DNA from: a virus
Taxonomy: Duplodnaviria > Caudoviricetes
Strand: one strand, 5' to 3'
Length of the DNA: 64,000 bases
Virus record (IMG/VR): IMGVR_UViG_2834443690_000002
Coordinates: 18,098 to 82,097 of that record
Shown: positions 1 to 9,756 of the stretch, in pieces
How the letters are laid out: the number at the start of each line of letters is the position of its first letter
Numbering within the stretch: the first letter of the stretch is position 1
Position numbers and translations under genes: made by a program
The notes under the pieces: generated by a model
Database searches by the model: none
Seen by the model: only the letters and a program-made list of their open reading frames with translations
What the model was told of the DNA's origin: nothing

Positions 1-997
1 CCCAAAACGCCTGTGAAATGCTCGTTCCCGAGCTAAGATTTGTTTTAAATGTGGCAAACGATGAACTAATCTTATTAAACGATGTAGAGATTCCGCTAGA
101 CCCTGACGTGAAATAGTTTTTGATATTTTCTATGACTTTTGGTCCTGTGGTCATTAAACTGTTAAACCCGATTAATATTCCATCCAGGAATGGCAACACT
201 TTAGCCCCGATTGTCGCGCCTAATTGCGCTAAATTGGTTTTTGCAATCCTAACCTGGTTGGCAAAGCTTTGCTGAGTCTTATTAAAATCGCCCTGAGCAT
301 CCTTAGATACACTGAGTAAGTAACCGTATCTCATTTGAATTTGCTCAGCTTGAGACATGTTATTCCAGCTTTTCTTGATACCTTGGCTCAAGGCATAGGC
401 CTGCAAGTTAGCAACGCTCATATTGATACCAAGACTTTTTAGGGGCTCAGTTTCACCGGAAATACCGGACTTAATTTTTTCAAAGGAATCTCCTATGTCT
501 AAATTATAAAAAGAAGCAAAGTCACCGGCCAGACCGCTGAGATTTTCGCTCATATCGACGAGTTTGTCTCCAGCTATTCCACTAGACTTCATCATTGCTC
601 CCATTGTCCCGGTGAATTGTTTGGCTTGTAATTCAGATAATCCAAAAGCATTAAGGGCTGTTTTGCTCCAAGCATCAATTTGCTTTGACCCGTTACCAAA
701 GGTTGTGTCTACGACGTTTTGGACCTCATTCAGATCCGAGGCCAATTCAATCGACTGTTTGGCAATTTCAGCAAACCCGATCCCGCCAGCTACACCAGCC
801 GCCATTTTTACGACGTTTCCTAATCCTTCGCCGAGTCCTAAAAAACCCTTGCTTGCTTTTTCTGAAGCTGTAGCAGCTTCGATTTGCCGCTCATTTAAGT
901 TACCCATCTGTCTTTGGGCAGATGCAAAGGTACTGCCAAAGCTAGAACTTAACTTTGCTCCAAGTTGAAATGCGATTTGATAAAGTTTACTGGCCAT
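1..997 (-). CDS. Tail tape measure protein (N-terminal part; runs off the window)
   Basis: ATG at 997 reads MASKLYQIAFQLGAKLSSSF...ASDLNEVQNVVDTTFG...IKSGISGETEPLKSLGINM; follows the tail assembly chaperone; absent from the ORF track because it is open-ended. Confidence 0.9.
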   Translation of the reverse strand, partial: MASKLYQIAFQLGAKLSSSFGSTFASAQRQMGNLNERQIEAATASEKASKGFLGLGEGLGNVVKMAAGVAGGIGFAEIAKQSIELASDLNEVQNVVDTTFGNGSKQIDAWSKTALNAFGLSELQAKQFTGTMGAMMKSSGIAGDKLVDMSENLSGLAGDFASFYNLDIGDSFEKIKSGISGETEPLKSLGINMSVANLQAYALSQGIKKSWNNMSQAEQIQMRYGYLLSVSKDAQGDFNKTQQSFANQVRIAKTNLAQLGATIGAKVLPFLDGILIGFNSLMTTGPKVIENIKNYFTSGSSGISTSFNKISSSFATFKTNLSSGTSISQAFW

Positions 998-1157
998 CTG
1001 CAGTCACCTCTTTGATCTCTAAGGCAATATCGAGAAAATCCGAGATGTTTAACGTTAGATAAAATTCTATCGACGTGAAGGTATCCAAACCAAGACGGAC
1101 AGCAGCTTTTCTCAGCCACTGTCCGTCTCCCTGTTTAATACCTAATTGTAAAAAAAA
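987..1157 (-). CDS. -1 frameshift extension of the tail chaperone (gpGT-like)
   Basis: T8 run at 1150-1157 just before the stop; the -1 frame is open (LQLGIKQGDGQWLRKAAVRLGLDTFTSIEFYLTLNISDFL...GQ*) to 987, overlapping the tape measure start. Confidence 0.75.
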   Translation of the reverse strand, partial: FFLQLGIKQGDGQWLRKAAVRLGLDTFTSIEFYLTLNISDFLDIALEIKEVTADGQ

Positions 1158-1459
1158 CTTGAAATGATCGTTTTAATCTTAATGCCTTCCTTTGCGGGAA
1201 GAGCCTGAAAGAATTCGACAGGCTTATTCGAGACCATGCTTGCAATGATACAGACATAACCTGTCGACATCTCGTTCATCATGGCGACCTGACCGGTTGA
1301 AATAAACATTTTATCAGCTCTCGCCAAGTCCATGGTTGTTAACCTTTCCAGGCCTGACAAATCTACTTCGTTATAGTCTCTTCCTTCAAAGTTAAAGGTC
1401 TTATTAAATTCGACCAAATATTCATTACCCTTTTTTTCGATAACAACCACTTTTTCCAT
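1142..1459 (-). CDS. Tail assembly chaperone (gpG/gpE-like)
   Basis: Lies between tube and tape measure genes; DLSGLERLTTMDL...FFQALPAKE. Confidence 0.85.
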   Translation of the reverse strand: MEKVVVIEKKGNEYLVEFNKTFNFEGRDYNEVDLSGLERLTTMDLARADKMFISTGQVAMMNEMSTGYVCIIASMVSNKPVEFFQALPAKEGIKIKTIISSFFYN

Positions 1460-1470
1460 TGCAAATCCTC

Positions 1471-1992
1471 CTAAATTTGATTGCGGATATCGGCAAGAAC
1501 GTCGACACCAAAGACATTGTAAATAAAATTGATCTTGTCGAGTTCTAGCAGGGTATTCCCATTTTCCTCAATCTTGATATAAAGCACTTCAAATGTATTC
1601 TTCGTGCCTGTAGCCTTCCCAGGTGAAATTTTGCCCAGATCTACGCCCTTGGTTAACACTTTTAAGGTAATCTTCAAGGGTCTATATTGCATTTGTCCGC
1701 CCGCGACATCATAACTCTGTTGCGAAGCGCGAAGAACCAAGGATTTTGTTCCCGGAACCAAGAGTTTTGCTGAGTCTTCGCTCACGGTATTAAAACTAAG
1801 GTCCATTTCAATCTTGCCAAAATGGCCGGGAACTGGACTTTCATACTCGCCTGCTAGCCCAGCCCCCGAAACTGTTTCGGTCATAGGTTCAAGTTTTGGG
1901 AGTGTCGCATCTGCATTGACGCCAATTAGCTTTTCGTTGTCAAAATAGACGTTGTAATTGATCACTTTTTCTGGAATTGCATTAACGGACAT
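1471..1992 (-). CDS. Major tail tube protein (P2 FII-like)
   Basis: PEKVINYNVY...ETVSGAGLAGE...ELDKINFIYNVFGVDVLADIR; follows the sheath gene. Confidence 0.9.
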   Translation of the reverse strand: MSVNAIPEKVINYNVYFDNEKLIGVNADATLPKLEPMTETVSGAGLAGEYESPVPGHFGKIEMDLSFNTVSEDSAKLLVPGTKSLVLRASQQSYDVAGGQMQYRPLKITLKVLTKGVDLGKISPGKATGTKNTFEVLYIKIEENGNTLLELDKINFIYNVFGVDVLADIRNQI

Positions 1993-3458
1993 TATTGACC
2001 ACCTCCAAAGAGGGCTGCCTGAAGAATATTCGGATCAAATTGAAGCACATCAATGATATTTTCAGCCGGAGGAAATGCCCCAATCGATTGGATAAACTGA
2101 ATTTGGCCACCCTGAATTGCACTTATGGGGTTATCTTGTTGCCTGAATTCAATCTTTGCCCCAGCAATTTGCCCCGCCGCTTGATATCCGTTGGCTTTGA
2201 TATTTTCATCATCTACAACGGATTCAATAAGGCGGTAATTCGTTGGATCATCAGCCTTCGAGAAGAAATCCACAATAAACGAATTTCCCCACCAATCGAA
2301 GATCCGGCGAACCGGAATAAAGCGGTCTTTCACGTCCGTTGATGAGGGATAAATCCCGGTATTATTCCCCCAAGAACGCCACCCCGCCATATTAATAGCG
2401 GTTACAATCCCATTGCCGTTTAATTCGTTCGCCTGCAGCATATCCAAATAAATTTCAGTGCCATCGGCTAGAACTGTAGCATCAATGGGCAATACTTTGT
2501 TCGAAGGAGATTTATACGGGACACTATTGTTTTGGGCATCCGTATAGGAGATTAATGCTGCCATCACTGCGCTGTACCAATAAATCTTGCTGCCGACTTT
2601 GAGCTTTGGCCAAAGGACAATATCGCGCTTATCCGTATAGCCATTGGTCGTTTTCCATGATGCTACCGCTGTATAATCCTTAACGGCAGAGCAATCGACA
2701 TCAAGAACAACTTCGGCGCTAAAACATCCATTAATTGCGGAACTATTGGCATTTAAGGCTTCCTTAACCTCTGGCTTATGACTCCATCCGGGGGCAAGTA
2801 ATAGCCCCGGTACAAGGGCAAGCCGGGGAAATACCTGTTGAACGCATTCAATTCCTTTATAGGTACCCGTTGCCGAAATATAACTCCCGATAATATCCGT
2901 TTCCGTGACCTTCGACGGATCGATTTTTTTACAGGTAACTTTTAACTGCGTGGCATCTGAAGGAATATCACCGGTGCTGACAACTGTTATGATCGGATAC
3001 CCATCAGCATCAAAGGAAACTGTGTAATCGGTTCCTTTGCTATAGGTTGTCGTGCCCGTGCTGTCCTTGACAACGAATGTATTGTCTAGAAGAACGCCAA
3101 ACGTGTTTACCTTAGCTGAATTGTTGACAATAGCCACGGTTTGTTCTGGCACGTCCACATTATGGACAGCGGGATCTAAAACATTAATAAGCACTAATGG
3201 GCTAACGCCAAACAGGTTGAAACAAGCGTCAATCGACTGGCAAAGCGTATAATTGTCGAAATCGTCGCTATACCCTACTGCAGCCTTCGCTTCATCAAGG
3301 TAATGGACTACAATAGGCTTGTTAACCGCCGCGGCCGGATCAGCCAACAAATTAACCGGCGCCGTACCGATGACAACCTGCACTGACGACAGAGATTCAA
3401 TGGGCTCCGTGACAGGCGTTGCCAGCTCTTGAATGGAAATTCCATGTTGATAAGCCAT
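1992..3458 (-). CDS. Tail sheath protein
   Basis: MAYQHGI...VVIGTAPVN...SPSNK...WRSWGN...RFIPVRR...FPPAENI; 488 aa. Confidence 0.93.
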   Translation of the reverse strand: MAYQHGISIQELATPVTEPIESLSSVQVVIGTAPVNLLADPAAAVNKPIVVHYLDEAKAAVGYSDDFDNYTLCQSIDACFNLFGVSPLVLINVLDPAVHNVDVPEQTVAIVNNSAKVNTFGVLLDNTFVVKDSTGTTTYSKGTDYTVSFDADGYPIITVVSTGDIPSDATQLKVTCKKIDPSKVTETDIIGSYISATGTYKGIECVQQVFPRLALVPGLLLAPGWSHKPEVKEALNANSSAINGCFSAEVVLDVDCSAVKDYTAVASWKTTNGYTDKRDIVLWPKLKVGSKIYWYSAVMAALISYTDAQNNSVPYKSPSNKVLPIDATVLADGTEIYLDMLQANELNGNGIVTAINMAGWRSWGNNTGIYPSSTDVKDRFIPVRRIFDWWGNSFIVDFFSKADDPTNYRLIESVVDDENIKANGYQAAGQIAGAKIEFRQQDNPISAIQGGQIQFIQSIGAFPPAENIIDVLQFDPNILQAALFGGGQ

Positions 3459-3459
3459 C

Positions 3460-3939
3460 TTAAGTTAATCCCTCCTCATCATCAAAAAGTAACTTAGGCA
3501 CGGTCCAATTAGTTTCCATGCCTCCAAAATAGTAGGGGCAGACATCCTCTTCATTGACCGTCCATTTATAGGGGTAAACACATTCAAACTGTTTGTTGAA
3601 AATGCGTTTTTTAAAGAGATGCTGCCGTATTTTTTCCAAAACATTGAGTACATCTTTATGACCTTGGTTGCTTTCATCGTCGTCAAACGTTCCGACGACA
3701 AACATAAGCTTGCAAGTATCGCCCGATTCTTCATCGACGCCCTCGCCCTCTTGGATCCGGACGACAACATAAGGGAATGGCGAAATAGTATTCTCGTGCT
3801 CATCTTTCTTTGGAACAGGCAAACATTGAGGATAAATATTCACTGCTACATACTCGCCATCAGGATTCTTAAGCTGCATTCCGCTGAACAGAGAGCCCAT
3901 CTCTTTAACCAGAACGTCCTGTAACTCGGTAGGTATCAT
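3460..3939 (-). CDS. Phage tail completion/neck protein
   Basis: Upstream of the sheath gene; FPYVVVRI, PYYFG motifs. Confidence 0.6.
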   Translation of the reverse strand: MIPTELQDVLVKEMGSLFSGMQLKNPDGEYVAVNIYPQCLPVPKKDEHENTISPFPYVVVRIQEGEGVDEESGDTCKLMFVVGTFDDDESNQGHKDVLNVLEKIRQHLFKKRIFNKQFECVYPYKWTVNEEDVCPYYFGGMETNWTVPKLLFDDEEGLT

Positions 3940-3941
3940 TC

Positions 3942-4493
3942 TTAACCGCTCTCCAATATCCTTTGAATTTCATGATCAAGCCGTTGATCAAACATTTTGG
4001 ACGCTTCGGATTCAACAAACTGCCTGACACTTGAACTTCCTAACATTTGAGGAACCGCAGGGCCATAAAGCTGCTCGATAGGAAGACGGCTCTTTCCCGT
4101 ACGGCGAAAAACCTTATTTCCGTTGATGTCGGCCACAAAAGCCCCTACGATTTCTTTGAGACCCGTCTTTTTTACCTGGACTTTTAGAACGCTTGGCGGC
4201 TTCTTAGGTCTCGGATTCGAAGGGCTTACTTTAAATTTAATTAAGGGAATTCGTTCCCCCGTCGATTTCACGACGGCCCCAAGAGTCGTCCTATTGGCTT
4301 GCGTAATTTTAATGGTACTCCGAACGTCACCGGCTTTAATTTGATAATCCTCTCGGACTTTCTTAACCGCATTAGTCCGGGCATTTTGAGCCGCCCGATT
4401 TAAGGCCCTGGCAATAACATTGGGAGCCTTATTTTTAAAGCTCCCAAGTCGTTCTTCAACTTCTTTTAGTTTTTCGGCGTCAATCGTAATCAT
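3942..4493 (-). CDS. Minor tail protein Z-like
   Basis: ARALNRAA...RLPIEQLYGPAVPQM; likely start is the ATG at 4493. Confidence 0.8.
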   Translation of the reverse strand: MITIDAEKLKEVEERLGSFKNKAPNVIARALNRAAQNARTNAVKKVREDYQIKAGDVRSTIKITQANRTTLGAVVKSTGERIPLIKFKVSPSNPRPKKPPSVLKVQVKKTGLKEIVGAFVADINGNKVFRRTGKSRLPIEQLYGPAVPQMLGSSSVRQFVESEASKMFDQRLDHEIQRILESG

Positions 4494-4807
4494 GAGCCAA
4501 TAGCCTCCAGGATAATCGTGCAAACACCATCATTCTCTTGATAATCCGAAGCGTGGTATTTTTTACCATCAAACTTAATAATCTGAGATTTGATTGAAGG
4601 TTTTAGCCCCCATTCAGACTTCCGGACATGAAAAAGGAGGTCTCCTAAATAGGTACCCTCTGCTGCTTTGAGTTTCCGCTCTTTAAGCTCTTCGTTGTCA
4701 GGAACAATGGTCATGAGTTTATCGTCAATGATGTGCTCTTCGCCCAATTCATCAAGATTAAAGAAAATATCTAAATCGCTGGCTAGATAATCTTTAAAAT
4801 TAGCCAT
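4490..4807 (-). CDS. Head-tail joining protein
   Basis: MANFKDYLASDLDIFFNLDE...; position after the capsid genes. Confidence 0.65.
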   Translation of the reverse strand: MANFKDYLASDLDIFFNLDELGEEHIIDDKLMTIVPDNEELKERKLKAAEGTYLGDLLFHVRKSEWGLKPSIKSQIIKFDGKKYHASDYQENDGVCTIILEAIGS

Positions 4808-5153
4808 TTGCGGCCGCCGTGGTAGAAGGAGCTGCGGAAGAATTAGCCGGATCAGCAGGAGTTACCGGAGGCATAGACGTTGCTGGTCCTTCAGGCGTCT
4901 CACTTGGAGAAGTTGCCGTTTCGGCTTGTGCTGGAGTTTGTACAGATGAATCTGTTGGGGGTGCAGAAGTTTCGGGAGCAGCAGGGGGAACATTTGATTT
5001 TGAATTTTGTTTAGCTCCTTCTATCGCCTTTTCGGCAATACCTTTTGAAATAAGCTTGTCTTCTTCAGCTTGAGAAAGCCCTTTGACCGTTTCCCCAACT
5101 TTATATGATTTATTTTTAAACCGTATATACCCTTCTTTAACAATAATAGCCAC
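4800..5153 (-). CDS. Phage protein after capsid (gpFI-like, Pro/Ala/Thr-rich tail)
   Basis: RBS AGGGAGG with GTG start; synteny. Confidence 0.55.
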   Translation of the reverse strand: MAIIVKEGYIRFKNKSYKVGETVKGLSQAEEDKLISKGIAEKAIEGAKQNSKSNVPPAAPETSAPPTDSSVQTPAQAETATSPSETPEGPATSMPPVTPADPANSSAAPSTTAAANG

Positions 5154-5180
5154 GTTCTTTATCCTCCCTTAATCTGTAAA

Positions 5181-6236
5181 TTAAAGAACTGTTCCTACAT
5201 ACCAAGAATCAACTTCCTGGGGAACTGTCAACGGCCGGCTATGGAGCGCTAAGAATCGTTGCGGCGGATCTTCTTCGATCCATGTTTGGGCGGCTTTTTC
5301 GCCAACGATCGAACGGAATCCGCTTGCTGTTGTAGCATCGGTCAGCTTAATTTCGCCGTAATAAATGGTAGTCTTAGCATTGGTGGAACCTAGCAAAACA
5401 GTACCAGGGGGAACGATGGGACTTTCCGTCGGGTTGGCAGGATCCGTCCAGTCATCTAAGAACCATTCGTTATAAATATAAATCGGCATGTTATACTTAA
5501 GGATCATGCCGCCATAGATGACATTCTCCGATAACTGACGGGGATTGAGTTGCAGAACATTTAGATTGAGACTTAATTGATCTAAATAGCCTTGTGCTTT
5601 AACTCTGGTCATAAAGGCATTATAGGCATCCGAAGACATCAAGCAAACGTTGGGAGTATGGTATCCATTCTGTTGGCAAATAAGAACCCAGCGATCAATG
5701 TCCGCCATTGGATCGCTAGTATCAGCGCTCCAAAGTGCTCCCCCGGCAAGTGCTTCTTTATTCGTAAATCCAAAATCAATTTCGTAGTTAACACCTTCAC
5801 CGATAACCGGTATTTTTCCGGTTAACATTGCTCTGGAAGCCATCCATTCTTCACGACGGATATTCATATCGTTAAAGTCGTTTAAGGCATTAGTGAGCAT
5901 GATCAAGCCTCTTTCTTCAGCTGCCACGGCATTATAAAGACCTTCGCCCGGTAATCTTACAGAAATATCCTCAACGCCAGTTACGTCTTTTGGTTTGAGC
6001 AACGGAGTCTTAAAAGTATTGGTCTTATAACCAATTTTCTCAATGGTCTTCCCGGCACTTTTAGGGCTGACAAAGGGCGAAATTCGTCGTTTCCCCTTGT
6101 AAAAATCAACATCAACCGTGTCACCGAGAATGGGCAAATGCCTATTGAAAAAGGTATCCCTGAAAAATCCTCCGGTGGCCGGCATAACGCTTACGAGTTG
6201 GTCCATAACTCTGGGATCATAAATATTGATTGGCAT
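5181..6236 (-). CDS. Major capsid protein (lambda E family)
   Basis: FFRDTFF...RRISPFVSP...RREEWMA...SRPL. Confidence 0.92.
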   Translation of the reverse strand: MPINIYDPRVMDQLVSVMPATGGFFRDTFFNRHLPILGDTVDVDFYKGKRRISPFVSPKSAGKTIEKIGYKTNTFKTPLLKPKDVTGVEDISVRLPGEGLYNAVAAEERGLIMLTNALNDFNDMNIRREEWMASRAMLTGKIPVIGEGVNYEIDFGFTNKEALAGGALWSADTSDPMADIDRWVLICQQNGYHTPNVCLMSSDAYNAFMTRVKAQGYLDQLSLNLNVLQLNPRQLSENVIYGGMILKYNMPIYIYNEWFLDDWTDPANPTESPIVPPGTVLLGSTNAKTTIYYGEIKLTDATTASGFRSIVGEKAAQTWIEEDPPQRFLALHSRPLTVPQEVDSWYVGTVL

Positions 6237-6263
6237 GTAAGTTTCCCCCTCTTATTGTTTGAT

Positions 6264-6668
6264 TTACTGCTTAACTGCTTGCCTGAGGTAAATATTTTGG
6301 GCCGCTAGGATATCCCGGTTGTCATCGGCCGTAGAGGCTCCACCGAAACGCATCGAATTCTCGTTGAAAACCCCAGCTCGATACCCGATGGTTTTGGCTG
6401 TAACTCCCGCTCCGGTTGTAATATCTTCGGATGCTACCGCATAAAAACTGTTTTCGTCAGCAGCTCCTGACGGCCTAACAAAATTAGTAGCGACAGTTCG
6501 ATTGGTAGTCCCAACGGCTCCCTCAACGGCAATGGTTTCAGTGACCTTTTTCTCAAGTAAGTCGCCACGTAGAATCGTTTGGTTCTCTCCAATGGTGATT
6601 TCTTCCGTTACAACGTCAATATTCCCGGCAAAAAGATTGTCATAGGTCAATGTGTCAAGATTTGGCAT
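6264..6668 (-). CDS. Head decoration protein
   Basis: YDNLFAG...RGDLL...GVFNEN; between protease and capsid genes. Confidence 0.75.
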   Translation of the reverse strand: MPNLDTLTYDNLFAGNIDVVTEEITIGENQTILRGDLLEKKVTETIAVEGAVGTTNRTVATNFVRPSGAADENSFYAVASEDITTGAGVTAKTIGYRAGVFNENSMRFGGASTADDNRDILAAQNIYLRQAVKQ

Positions 6669-7864
6669 TATTTATTACCTCCTTCTGCAATCCCAAGGGT
6701 TTTCTTGGCAATTGCTGTAACCCTGTTTAGGATCCCTGTTACTTCGTCTGGTTTAGTATCATCAGATGCGCTGCCGGGAACTTGATTTGCATTATTGGCA
6801 TCAGCTTCAGCCTGAGCAACATAGGCTGAATTGATCATTTTCCCTTCCTGTAAGGCTTTAAAAAGCACGCTTTCAGCCGTTGCCCCGTCTTCATACTTGG
6901 CCTTGGCCAAAAACTCCGGATCAACTTTGCCATTTAAGACATCAAACGCCTTGAGCCGTTCGGTTTCGGCCTTAACTGCGTTCACTCTTCCCTCATTGAT
7001 AGCCGCATTGTAGATGTCCGGATGCTTTTCTTTGAGTTCAGCCAAATCCATAATCGTTTCCTCCTCATTATGTTTATTTTGAGGCACCAAAATGGCGCCA
7101 GAATCTAAGAGCGTCATCAAATGCTTTATGGATTCATTCGCGCTATTGATGACTGAAAGCCTATTGTAGGCAAAATTCATGACATCACCTGGTTTTTCGC
7201 CGGTTTGGTAAAGAATATCGTCGGCAAAGCCTTCCTTCGTGGCGACATTAGCGCTCATATAGGTTTCATCATCCATCATGCTGGAGATTTTATCCCTTGC
7301 TATTCCTGTTTTATTAGCATAAGCGTTAATGATGGTGTCTTTAATGACGTCAAGCACATCGGCAGCTTTTCTCATGTCGCTTGCATACCCTTGGACGCTC
7401 GATAATGGGTTATGAACCATCAGAATTGCGACAGGAGCCATGAGAATTTGGTCACAGGCCATAAGAGGGATGGTTCCGGCGCTCATGGCCTTACTTCCCA
7501 CCTTGCCGGTGATGGTTGACCCTGTCTGCTTATGTTCCATGAGAGCAACATACATACCGGTCGCTGCAAAGACGTTGCCGCCATAGCTATCCACCCAAAG
7601 CGTAAGGTCTTTCCCGGCATATTGGGAAAGTTCATCGCGAAAAGCATTCGGCGCAGCAGACGGAATACCGTACCACTCATATAACCAGGCGTCCTCATCG
7701 TCAACAATAGTACCCTCAATGCGAAGTTCAACGCACTCGGGCTCTGTTTCGGTGGCCGCATTCATGACAAAGTTCCAATATCTAGTTTTAGGTGTTTTCA
7801 TCGGGTTTGTCGCTTGCCCCATTATTGGCTTGTTGCCGTTTACTGGGGCTAATTGCTGGCCCAT
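6668..7864 (-). CDS. ClpP-like head maturation protease/scaffold
   Basis: DSYGGNVF, AMSAGT, LMVHNP, ETYMSA motifs; true start may be near 7801. Confidence 0.9.
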   Translation of the reverse strand: MGQQLAPVNGNKPIMGQATNPMKTPKTRYWNFVMNAATETEPECVELRIEGTIVDDEDAWLYEWYGIPSAAPNAFRDELSQYAGKDLTLWVDSYGGNVFAATGMYVALMEHKQTGSTITGKVGSKAMSAGTIPLMACDQILMAPVAILMVHNPLSSVQGYASDMRKAADVLDVIKDTIINAYANKTGIARDKISSMMDDETYMSANVATKEGFADDILYQTGEKPGDVMNFAYNRLSVINSANESIKHLMTLLDSGAILVPQNKHNEEETIMDLAELKEKHPDIYNAAINEGRVNAVKAETERLKAFDVLNGKVDPEFLAKAKYEDGATAESVLFKALQEGKMINSAYVAQAEADANNANQVPGSASDDTKPDEVTGILNRVTAIAKKTLGIAEGGNK

Positions 7865-9452
7865 TAAATCCCGCCTCCTTCATCTGGGCGTTTTCTCGTT
7901 TGGCCTGTTGAACATTTCGGTCAAAGTTACCGCCGTTAATCTCCATCGTCTCTTGTTCCCTCGTACTGAAACCATTTTCCACTCGCATTTGTGCAGCTTC
8001 AGCTTCTTTTGTTGGATCAAGTTGGCCGGCGGCAGGTCCATTCCATTCAGCTCCACACCATGCTTTACGGATAACCGGATCATCAAAAAACCTCGGGGCC
8101 TTTATTCTCCCGAGGCTAACCGCTTGAGCAAGCCATTCTTCATATATCGGCTGGCAAAAATCCTGAGCCATCCAAGCGCGACGCATTTTAAACATTTTCC
8201 AGGCCTCAAGAAGTGCCGCTCTTGCTGCAGAATAACTGGCCTTAAATGATTTTTGCAACAGTTCTTGAGGAATCTCTAGGGCTGCACCAATATATTTTGA
8301 AAGTGCATCCACAAAGCCTTCAAAGGCTGTGTTGGGCCTGCCTGGATTCGCCATCTCTACGTCCTCACCAGGCTGAAGAATATTGATAGCGCCGTTGCCT
8401 AATTTATAGTCCACTGATTCATTGGTTTCTGCTTGTGGATTTTCCTGGCCCATAGATTCAGGCACCATTGACCCCAAGGGCATTTCACTAGTAGGGCCTT
8501 CGGTCTTTACAAATACGGTAAACATGCCTGTTACTACTGCAGCCATAAGCTCCGCTTCGGTATATCGCGTGAGTTGCTTCAAAGTTTCAATAACCGGAGC
8601 AAGGAAAGGCACACCTCTTCGCTGTTCAGGACGTTCCGATTCCATGAGATGTAAGACATTGGGCCTGCCGGTTAGAGGCCCAAAAGCTTCAACTCTTGTC
8701 CAAGTTAAAGGCGATAAATCACTGGCAAAATAAAAGGATTGCGGGTAACGATTACAAATCCAATACGCAACAACAGCCCCATTAGCATCAATTTCCACGC
8801 CAGATATGACTCGATTGCCATTCGGGGCTTTGCCTTCAATGGCAAAGATGCTTATTTCGCCGGCAATAACATTGCTAAAAGTATTGGGAGTGCATACTCT
8901 GTCTGCCTCAATAAGATGTACTCTCAGGCCATAAGGCATAAATGGCTGGGGCCTATCCTGTTTTAATAGGGCAAAACCGTCTCCGCTTTGGAGCCATGAT
9001 AACTGGGCAAGTTGTTGTAGCTCATAAAAGTTGTTCATTTTTAAAGCGTCGCAATGGACCGATTCCGCCCATAGGGAAAATTCTCTCTCAACGGTCTGTT
9101 CCCATTCGTCCGCTTCTTCTTCGGATAATCCAAGGAAATTAAAATCAATGCGGGATTTTAGCTTAAGCCCTGATCCAATGACATTGGTGCGCGTCGTTTG
9201 TATAGATCCTCTGGCCAACGGGGCATTCATGTACAAATCACGACACCGATTACGAAGTGTATAAAGATTGAGGTCGATATCTTCTTCCGGGCTGGCGCTC
9301 CTGCTTCTCCAACCGCGCATAGATTTTTTACGAACGGACGCCCCGCCCTCTGAATAGCCGGTATTCAATACTTTTAGAGCATTTCTGGCGGCTACGCGAC
9401 GTACTGCCCTATTTGGTGCAAAATACGAAACTGCTCGGTCGATTAAATTCAA
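7788..9452 (-). CDS. Portal protein, lambda family
   Basis: LRNRCRDLYMN, ERPEQRRGVP, ASYSAARAALLE, LDPTKE motifs. Confidence 0.95.
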   Translation of the reverse strand: MNLIDRAVSYFAPNRAVRRVAARNALKVLNTGYSEGGASVRKKSMRGWRSRSASPEEDIDLNLYTLRNRCRDLYMNAPLARGSIQTTRTNVIGSGLKLKSRIDFNFLGLSEEEADEWEQTVEREFSLWAESVHCDALKMNNFYELQQLAQLSWLQSGDGFALLKQDRPQPFMPYGLRVHLIEADRVCTPNTFSNVIAGEISIFAIEGKAPNGNRVISGVEIDANGAVVAYWICNRYPQSFYFASDLSPLTWTRVEAFGPLTGRPNVLHLMESERPEQRRGVPFLAPVIETLKQLTRYTEAELMAAVVTGMFTVFVKTEGPTSEMPLGSMVPESMGQENPQAETNESVDYKLGNGAINILQPGEDVEMANPGRPNTAFEGFVDALSKYIGAALEIPQELLQKSFKASYSAARAALLEAWKMFKMRRAWMAQDFCQPIYEEWLAQAVSLGRIKAPRFFDDPVIRKAWCGAEWNGPAAGQLDPTKEAEAAQMRVENGFSTREQETMEINGGNFDRNVQQAKRENAQMKEAGFNGPAISPSKRQQANNGASDKPDENT

Positions 9453-9503
9453 ATTCTCACCACCTTTCAGGGCAAAAAATAAAACACCTTAAATTTTTAG
9501 GTG

Positions 9504-9749
9504 TTAAATGTCGATCGGAATGGCACCGGCAACAAGATTTCTTCCCCTGCCCCTGGATCGGCTTTCTTCCTGAGCGATTTCCTTTTCGAGATATTTAATC
9601 ATCTCGGCGACTTCCTGTAAATTTGCCCTAGTAATCGTCTTTTTCGCTAAGGCATAGCTTTGAGCCCCGTTTAAAATCGAATCCTCACACTGAAGATATT
9701 CAGCGAGCCGATTATTCAGAGTTTCTAATCTTGTTGCCGTAGTAATCAC
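9504..9749 (-). CDS. Head completion protein (gpW-like)
   Basis: RLAEYLQCEDSILNGAQSY...ITRANL; between terL and portal; start codon uncertain (see findings). Confidence 0.75.
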   Translation of the reverse strand: MITTATRLETLNNRLAEYLQCEDSILNGAQSYALAKKTITRANLQEVAEMIKYLEKEIAQEESRSRGRGRNLVAGAIPIDI

Positions 9750-9756
9750 TCCTTTT

